Made by a program: the position numbers and the translations under genes
NCBI RefSeq assembly: GCF_009914755.1
Contig: NC_060933.1
Source of the DNA: the human T2T-CHM13v2.0 reference genome, Homo sapiens
Direction: 5' to 3' (one strand)
DNA: 64,000 nt
Part shown: positions 56,058-64,000 of the stretch, one piece after another
Layout of the letters: every line of letters starts with the position of its first letter
How positions within the stretch are numbered: position 1 is the first letter of the stretch
Notes under the pieces: model-generated
The model's database searches: none
Seen by the model: only the letters and a program-made list of their open reading frames with translations
Told to the model about the DNA's origin: nothing

Positions 56058-56693
56058 TGTGGCAGGCCAGGTCTCACTAACAACTCTTTCAGTACTGACT
56101 GAGTGGTTAAGTTAAATATTAAAAGCCAGTGCCCTTATACGAAGGCTGGGATGTAACAAAAGCCCAGCAAGAGTTTTGCCTAGGCCTTTTCTGGGCCTTA
56201 AGGCGTGACAAAATAACAAAGGAATTCTTAACAGGACCCGTTTGGGATTAAACAAGTTTTATTGTGGGTCTGAAGAAACTCCCCAGATCTCCACAAACAA
56301 GTTTACTGGAGGCCTGAAGGAACTCCCCAAACCTCCATGATTTAGCAGGAGACAAGATAAGGGTAATCACCCCAGCACCTGGACCCATTTAGATTAAGTA
56401 AATGTACTGAGGCTCCAGAGGAAGGTTTTCAGGACTCAGATCATAGTTGTAGATTAAAAGAAGTTAATCACTTATGTCTTTAGATGAATGCGCACTTACA
56501 CATAGACATATAGTTTAAAAGGTATATAAGCTCTGGAAAACTTTGTAATTTTGAGTTGGTCTGGAAATAATTTCCAGGCCTTCTCTCTGTAACTGGTTAC
56601 AGAAGTAAAAGCTCTCTTCTTCCCCAGTTCATCTGCATCTCATTATTGGGCCATGAGAAATAGCAGCCCAACCCTCAGATTGGTCCAGGAACT
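56058..56693 (+). mobile_element. ERV1-like solo LTR nested in an older MLT1 element (~55960-57050)
   Basis: TG start, TATATAA at 56523, AGTAAA at 56604, near-TSD ATTC/GTTC; exact family not certain. Confidence 0.75.
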
Positions 56694-58347
56694 GTTCTTT
56701 TTTTAGTCTTACCTGGGCTGTCTCATGTCACTACGTTCAGCAGCCAGGTCCACTGGATGCTGGGTGAAGCTGGGATGGCCGGGGCAGCAGGACCTTTCTT
56801 TCCATGATCTTTCATTCTTAAGGAGTCTAGACCAGCCTTCCCTTCATGGCAGTGGCAGTATTCCAAGAAAAAGCTGCAAAGCACAAGTGCTTTTCAAGCC
56901 TCCACTTGTGTCACGTTTGCTAACGCCTCCCTGCCAAAACAAGGCACATGGCCAAGCTCAGCTTCAATGTGGGAAGCAACTATCCTAGGGAATGGCATGA
57001 TTCATTTGGTGCAGGATTCATTTGGAGCCATTAATGTAACAATCTACCATTGCTAGTAAGTTTATGTTTCAGAGGCAATAGGTAACTGGAGAGGGCAGAG
57101 CTAGGGAGAGCCAGGGAATTAAGAGGATTAGAGAAAATTTTGGTGGAGCCAGAAAAGGTCAAAAGGGTCTATGTTACCCCTAGTCATCTTTGAAGGAAGG
57201 ACGTGTTCCCTCTAGTCATCTTTGTGGCCCCCACAGCACTACAGGGGTTTTACATATGGTAGGACCTCAGGAAGTCTTTGCGAAGTTGAATCAAAGTATC
57301 AATGATAAGTTGGGGGAGTTTAGGACCTAGAGGAAGGATGGCTAAATGATAACACACTGAAAGGAGCAAGACCCCTTAAAGCGTAGAAGGGTAAGTGCTA
57401 ACAGAAGAAAAAATTAAAACTGAAATGAAGAGAGACAGATGGGATATAAAATGTAAACAAATGTTTGCTTCACAATTAAACTACGTGCCCACTCTTTCAC
57501 CAATGTTTGTTTGCTAGATGCTATGCAAGGGACTAGAGCTGTGTTTCTCAAAATGTAGGTCATTAGAACAATGTGGAATACTTAGGTAGAGGGTTAGAAA
57601 TGGCTGGTGGAGGTGTCCAGTGGATGGGCCTGAGACAGTGCCCCTGGCTCCATTGTCTTCTTATAACCTGTAGAGAGATCCTAGAAGTCATTGCCTGCCC
57701 CAGTCAGAGGCAACAGATATGGTCAGTGCTCTAATCATCTCATCTTGCCCTTAGCACTTCAGTGCAGGACAGAATATCGGACTGCCAACCCCTGAATGTT
57801 CTCCCTAGGGGCTTTCTCTGGCTACTCCTGCTATAGAGGGAGCAGTCCTCAACCAAAGACTGACAGGAGTTGGTGGAGATTTTAAAACCAAGCCAATTAT
57901 CCATTATAAATCTGGAAGCAAAGAGTGTTCATTATCCTGCTTAGTCAAATACCAGTTCTGCTGAAAAATGCAAAAGGCTAGAGTCTTGCTCATTAAGGAC
58001 CAAGTCTTTCCTTGTATTTCTGTAGCTGCCTGATAGATGGGCTCCTGACTTCAATCTTGTTTCCCTTCAACCTATTTTCTGCACTTCTGAGTGACCTTAG
58101 AAATGCAAATACATTCATTAAGCTTTGAGGATGGAGATGTTTCATATTCTCCATTGGATCTTCAGTACCTGGTAAGCACTCAGTAAATATTTATTGACTG
58201 GGTATTATAGGAGACTCCCAACTCATGAACATGTTATATCCTAACATTTCTCGTCTAAGGAGGTGATTTTGAATTTAGAATACATTTGACCATCACAATG
58301 ATAGGTGGTTTTTAGCTTGACAGGCTAGCTTACAAAAACCAAGTTCA

Positions 58348-58644
58348 AGCCAGGTACGGTGCCTCACACCTGTAATCCCAGCACTTTGGGAGGCCGAGGT
58401 GGGAGGATCACCTGAGATTGGGAGTTCAAGACCAGCCTGGTCAACATAGTGAGACCCTGTCTCTACTAAAAATACAAAAATTAGCTGGGCATGGTAACGC
58501 ATGCCTATAATCCCAGCTACTACTCGGAGGCTGAGGTGGGAGAATCGCTTGAACTTGGGTGGCGGAGGTTGCATTGAGCCGAGATCACGCCACAGCACTC
58601 CAGCCTGTGCAACAGAGAGAGACTCCGTCTCAAAAAACAAAAAA
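58348..58644 (+). mobile_element. AluS
   Basis: Full dimer; TSD AAGTTCA. Confidence 0.9.
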
Positions 58645-59889
58645 GTTCACCCATGATGCAGCCTAATCCAATCCCAGCTTTCTTGGTAGTCATGAGCAGG
58701 AGACCATAACGGGAGGGAGGGATGAAGAAGAAAAGGAAAAACAAAGCCTTTGGGAATTGGATCATTTGTTAACATCTTTCTGTTTTACACTTCTGTTTTT
58801 GCACCTCTACGTGCTCTATGAGTACCTTCTCTGCTCCTCTTCCCTACCATGCCTCATCTCCCACTGGAGCAAGCCTCCAACCCCACTCCAGGGTCCTCTT
58901 ACCTTTCCCCTCTGCCAATCACAACTCCTATTCCCTGACTACAAATAATTTCAAGGATTAAGAGGAAGGTGGTCTGATTGAGCAACTTTACTCTCCACAT
59001 GGATGTCTAACGGCTATTTAATCTTCCTAGAGATGCTTCCAGTTTTCCAAATTAGTTTAGATTACATGAATCTCTAATTAGTGGAATTTACTGTAACAAG
59101 ATAAAATGGAAAAAAAGGTGATGAGAGATATTTTGGGGCAAGTACTCTCACTGATTCTGACTTTTTTTCAGATTCTCCCCCTAGGATTAATAATCTAGAT
59201 TATTCTGGATTTTTATAACTTTTTGGGTCTTTTAAAGATCCCTCCCTGCTTCTTTTTTTCCCACAACTACCGCCATAAGCCTGGTTGAGAAGGGGCTATC
59301 TGAGTGAGCACAGCCATAGGCGCAGGCCTACAGAGTGGGCCCTTCATTGACTTTCCCGATTTGCCTCAGCAAGTGTGCACCTTTAACCTGACCCTGCCTT
59401 TGGTGACACTTGAACCAAGCCCAACACCAAAATGTGGTCAGCACTCAAAAAACAAGAACCAGGAAAATTTAAGGGATTTTCTCACTGGACAGTCTGGGGA
59501 TTTCCATTCCAACATTTGTATTCTCTTTAATTATATGTTATTCAAATGGACTTCAATTCATCTACCACAAAGAACTCTAGCCAGGGGATTTCTGCTTTTG
59601 TAGCTGTAGGAAAGAAATTAGATTAGAAAAGATTAAAGCGATCCTTGCCCAAGGTCACACAGCTAGTTAGAAGAGAGCTCATCTCCTGGTTCCAAATCCT
59701 ATGTTCTTTTGATAAAAACGTAATGCTTCGTATTATTTAAAATATAAGGTTTGGCCAAATAAGTTGAAGATTAGCTTTTCCCTCTTGAGTCAGAGGAAAA
59801 TAATAAATCTATTTCTGCAGTATTCTTCTATTGGCCTGAGCTAGCATTTCTGAAAGTATGTTGTTCCACTGAATACTATTTTTAAAATC

Positions 59890-60160
59890 AGCCAGGCACA
59901 GTGGCTCATTCCTGTAATCCTAGCACTTTGGGAAGCCAAGGTGGGAGGATCAGTTGAGTCCAGGAGTCTGAGACCAGCCTGGTCAACATAAGGTGACCCC
60001 TGTTGCTAAAAAAAAAAAAAAAAAAATTAGCCAGGTGTGGGGCCATGTGCCTGTAGTCTCAGCTACTCAGGAGGCTAAGGAGGTGGAGGCTGCAGTGAGC
60101 CATAATCATGTCCTGCACTCCAGCCTGGGCCACAGAGTTAGACCTCATCTTTTAAAGAAA
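59890..60160 (+). mobile_element. AluJ with right-arm deletion
   Basis: Alu arms with long A linker. Confidence 0.85.
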
Positions 60161-60569
60161 ATGAAGAAAAACAATTTCAACCACAAAAGTCTACTCTCTG
60201 CCATCTTGGAGACTTACAGTGCACATTAACATAGTAAAGTTTCCAGGAAGTCCTGCAACAATAAAATAATAAAGTTTGTTGAACTCGGCAATCTCCAAAC
60301 TTATTTGGTCAAGAGTTATCTCCCTTCCTCCTTCCCTCCCTCCCTCTCTTCCTTCCCTCTCTCCTTTTCATGAAACATCATTACCAACTAATACACTTTG
60401 GGAAATATTGCATTAAGGTTAACAAAATTGAACATCAATCTACAGTAGGCCAACAATTTTCTTGTAAGATTAAGAACTTTCTAATTGTTTTAGCTGTGTT
60501 CTCTACTATAGACATTATTACTAAATGTTAATATTAAGGTATATTTAGTCAATTTGTATCTTTGGGAAG

Positions 60570-60634
60570 GCTTTGATTTAACTTAGATCACCCATATGAC
60601 CTTCTTTCATGGGTGATCTAAGTTAAATCAAAGC
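60570..60634. repeat. Perfect 26-bp inverted repeat with 13-nt spacer
   Basis: GCTTTGATTTAACTTAGATCACCCAT (60570-60595) is the exact reverse complement of 60609-60634. Confidence 0.97.
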
Positions 60635-60829
60635 AGTGAAAGCATCATTATGCTTTGGTGTGTGGGGAGCAGGTATACAGATCTCAGTTGCATACAAGGG
60701 AAACCAGCAGGTGGGATGTATTTATCTTGCTTTATAGTAAATCCAAAAATTCAGTAGTTGAATTCCTCCAACTTTAAATCAACACTCTTTAGAAAAATAG
60801 AATCAAGGGACACTACGATGTATTATTCA

Positions 60830-62700
60830 CAATGTTCGCAAAGAATTCAAAATTTCTAGGCATACAAATCAATGGAAAAATGTGATTTCATACTCAAGAA
60901 AATAGAGAATCAATGCAGACCAACCTTACGATGACTCAGATGTTGGATTTAACAGAAAAGATTGTAAAGATAAAGGTTTCAGCAAATAAAGATTTTATAA
61001 GTATTATAACAATTCATGGAGGTAAACATATATATACATGCTCATCATAAAAGAACAAATAGGAAATCTCAGCAGAAAAGTAGAGATTATAAAATAGAAC
61101 AAGATGGAGATTTAAGAACCAAAACATATAGTATCTTAAATAAAAATTTACTGGAGATCATAATAGGAGAATAGGGATGGCAGAACATGGCTGGGTGTGG
61201 TGGTTCATGCTTGTAATCTCAGCACTTTCAGAGGCTGAGACGGGCAGATCGTTTGAGCCCAGGAGATGAAGGCTGCAGTGAGCTATGATTGTGTCACTGA
61301 ACTCTAGCCTGGGTGACAGAGCAAGACCCTGTCTCTTAAAAAAATAAATAAAATAAAATAAAATAAAATAAAAAGGAACACAGTCACAGGAACCAGCGCA
61401 GCAATATCAAAAGGTCTAACATATGTGTAATTGAAGTTCCAGGACAGTAAAGAGAAAATGGGACATAAAATTTATTTAAAGAAATAAGTGGACAAAGTGT
61501 TTCCCAATTTGCTAAAAGACATTTATTTACAGATTCAAGAAGAACCTTAATCAGGGGAAATACAAAGAAAACCATGTCTAGATACATCATAGTCAAACTT
61601 ATGAAAATGAAAAATAAAGAAAAAATATTGAAAGCATCCAGAGGAAAATAACGCATGACATATAAGCAAAAAATGATTCAAATGACTGTGAACATCTCAT
61701 CAGAAACTGTGGGGGCCAATGACATTTTCACGGTGTTGAAAGAAAAAACAACTGTCATCCAAGATGAAGATTTAATACATATGACAATGATATTATTAAG
61801 GATAAGGGGGAGGTGAGTAAACATATCAACCTGTAAGAGTCATACATTTTATATAAAGTAGTGTGATGTTAACTCTAAATAGAGTTAAGAGAATTTCAGG
61901 ACGTATATTCCTGAGCAATCACTAGGAAATGTTGCAAAGAGGAATAGGTAAAATGCCAATAGCTGAATTGAAAATCCTAAAAACTATTCAGTTAACTAAA
62001 AAGACAGCAAGAATGGAGGAAAAGAGGTATGACAAATAGGGCAAACAGAAAATCAATAGTAATATTCATACAATGGAATGCTACTTAGCAATAAAAGGAA
62101 AGAGCAACTGATCCATGCACCCACAGGAATGACTGTTAAGAACATTATGCTGAATGGAGAAAGCCAGACACAAGAGGGTAAATACTGTGATTTCATTTTT
62201 TATGAAATTTTAGAACGGGCAAAACCAATCTATAGTGAAAAATCATCACAACAGCGGTTGCCTCTTGGGTGTTGAGGAGTGAGTTTATTGGGAAAAGACT
62301 GTCATAAAAGAGTTTTCTAAGGTAATGGTCATGTTCTATATTACAATAGGAATTTGGGTTACACAAGTGTATGCATTTGCCAAACTCATCAAATTGGACA
62401 CTTAAGTTATATACATTTCATTGTATGTACATTTTACCTCAAAAAAGGAGCTATAAACAAATATTAGACTCTAAGTTGAGGATATGCATGCTGAAATGTT
62501 TAGGGGTGAAATGTATGCATTTTTGCAACTTACTCTGAAATCCATCAATAAATAAGAATGATTGATACGTGATGTGATAAAGCAAATACAATAAAAAATT
62601 AATTATACGGTCTAGATTTTGGGCAGATGAATGTAAACTGTACAATTCTTTGAACTTTTCTGTTTTCTTGAACTTTTTTTAATAATAAAATGTTGGGAAA
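60830..62700 (+). mobile_element. Old L1 fragments (ORF1 region then 3' UTR) with a monomer-length Alu at 61189-61373
   Basis: A-rich strand bias; ORF1-like AGATACATCATAGTCAAACT...AATATTGAAAGCATCCAGAG; L1 3'-like TACAATGGAATGCTACTTAGCAATAAAAGG. Confidence 0.75.
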
Positions 62701-64000
62701 AATTAACAGACCCCAAACTGAACTCATTATCACTTCCTACTCCCTTTAAGTCTACTCTTATGCTACTATTATTTGTTTCATTAAACAGCACCAGATTTTA
62801 CCTAGTTGTACAAGTCACAAACTTGACACTTGTTCTTTGTTGCTCTTTCCCTCATTCTTCAGATGCAAATTATCACCAAATATTGTAGATCGCTTTTCCT
62901 ACACATTTTTTTAGTCAGTGCACTTCTTCCATCATAGCTACCAATCTAGTCCATGCCATCATCATCTGTCACATTGACTACTGTATGAGCTTCCTAATGT
63001 GGCTTTCATCATCCACTATGGCCCCTTTCTGTTCCTTGTTAGAATAATCTTTTAAAAATGCAAATATGTTATTTCATTCCTGCTTAAAATTATTCTAGGC
63101 TATCCCATTGCCATTAGGATAAATCTCCAAATCCTTCATGTGGCTTAGGAGACAGTTGTCTATCTCTTGCCTGTCAGCTTCATTTAAACCCATTCTGTAC
63201 TTCATTATCTCAGCCCCAGCTCTGTTGGACTAATTTGAATCCGGCTATGTCTGACATACATGCTGTTTCCTCTGCCTGGAATATTCTTCCCCTTCAATTT
63301 TCTCTTTCTGGCAAATCCTTCCTCATTCTTCGTGTTTCAATTTAAATGAATCATCCTAGGAAGCTTAGATTCTCTTCCTATGGTATGAAGTACTCTTTCA
63401 TAGCACTTATTACATCACCATTATTCACTATATTCCCAGAACTTAGCACAGTAGGCTGGCACATGATATACGCTCCAGAGATATTTGTGCTATGGGTGGT
63501 TGAATGGGAGACGGTATATCATTATACAGTGTTGACTTAGATGATTAGTTTGGGAAAATGAGAGCATGTTTTCATACACTTGTGGGGATATGCATCAGTA
63601 TGTTTTGGATTGTGAACATCAGACACCAGAATCAAACTGGTAAACAATGAGGTTCATATGGGGAGATGTCTAGCAGCAGGGTAGACTTCAGGTACAGTAT
63701 GATCAGGGCTTTCACTCCATTCCTCCTCAATTGTCTTGGCTCTTCCCTTCTCATATGTTTTGTTTATTGTCATGCTGGTTTCCCTCGTGGTTTCAAGATG
63801 AATGCCAGCAGCAACTGCAGCTTCTTTTCACATATTTCAGGTAAGAGACCCTTGTTTCTCATTAGTCTCTCTTAAAGCCAAGAAAGAACTTTCCTAAAAG
63901 TCTTCAGCAGCCATCTCCTTGTGTCTCATTGGCTGCCATTAAATCATATACTAATTCCTGAACCAATCACTGGTTGGCTTATGCTAATCAGCCCGCCTCT

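Overview
Primate (human-like) genomic DNA containing the 3' part of RCL1 (RNA 3'-terminal phosphate cyclase-like, 18S rRNA biogenesis) on the + strand. Six coding exons reconstruct in phase (2269-2343, 3256-3380, 10344-10469, 13637-13793, 18573-18676, 29264-29414 stop), followed by a 3'UTR with two candidate poly(A) signals. Exon numbers 4-9 are from memory of the gene. The intron at 3381-10343 is U12-type (minor spliceosome), and the last intron hosts the MIR101-2 hairpin (19423-19501). The remaining ~33 kb is repeat-rich intergenic DNA (Alu, L1, L2, MIR, MaLR/ERV LTRs). The main unexplained signals are: (1) a decayed, phase-compatible three-exon 'ghost gene' on the - strand (~30630-32376), tail-to-tail with RCL1; (2) a U2-type acceptor and in-frame ATG stacked on the U12 branch point of exon 6, predicting a 187-aa N-truncated RCL1; (3) three templated or non-classical insertions clustered at 35.3-37.5 kb; (4) a perfect 26-bp inverted repeat at 60570-60634. 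Repeat boundaries and subfamilies were called by eye and are approximate.
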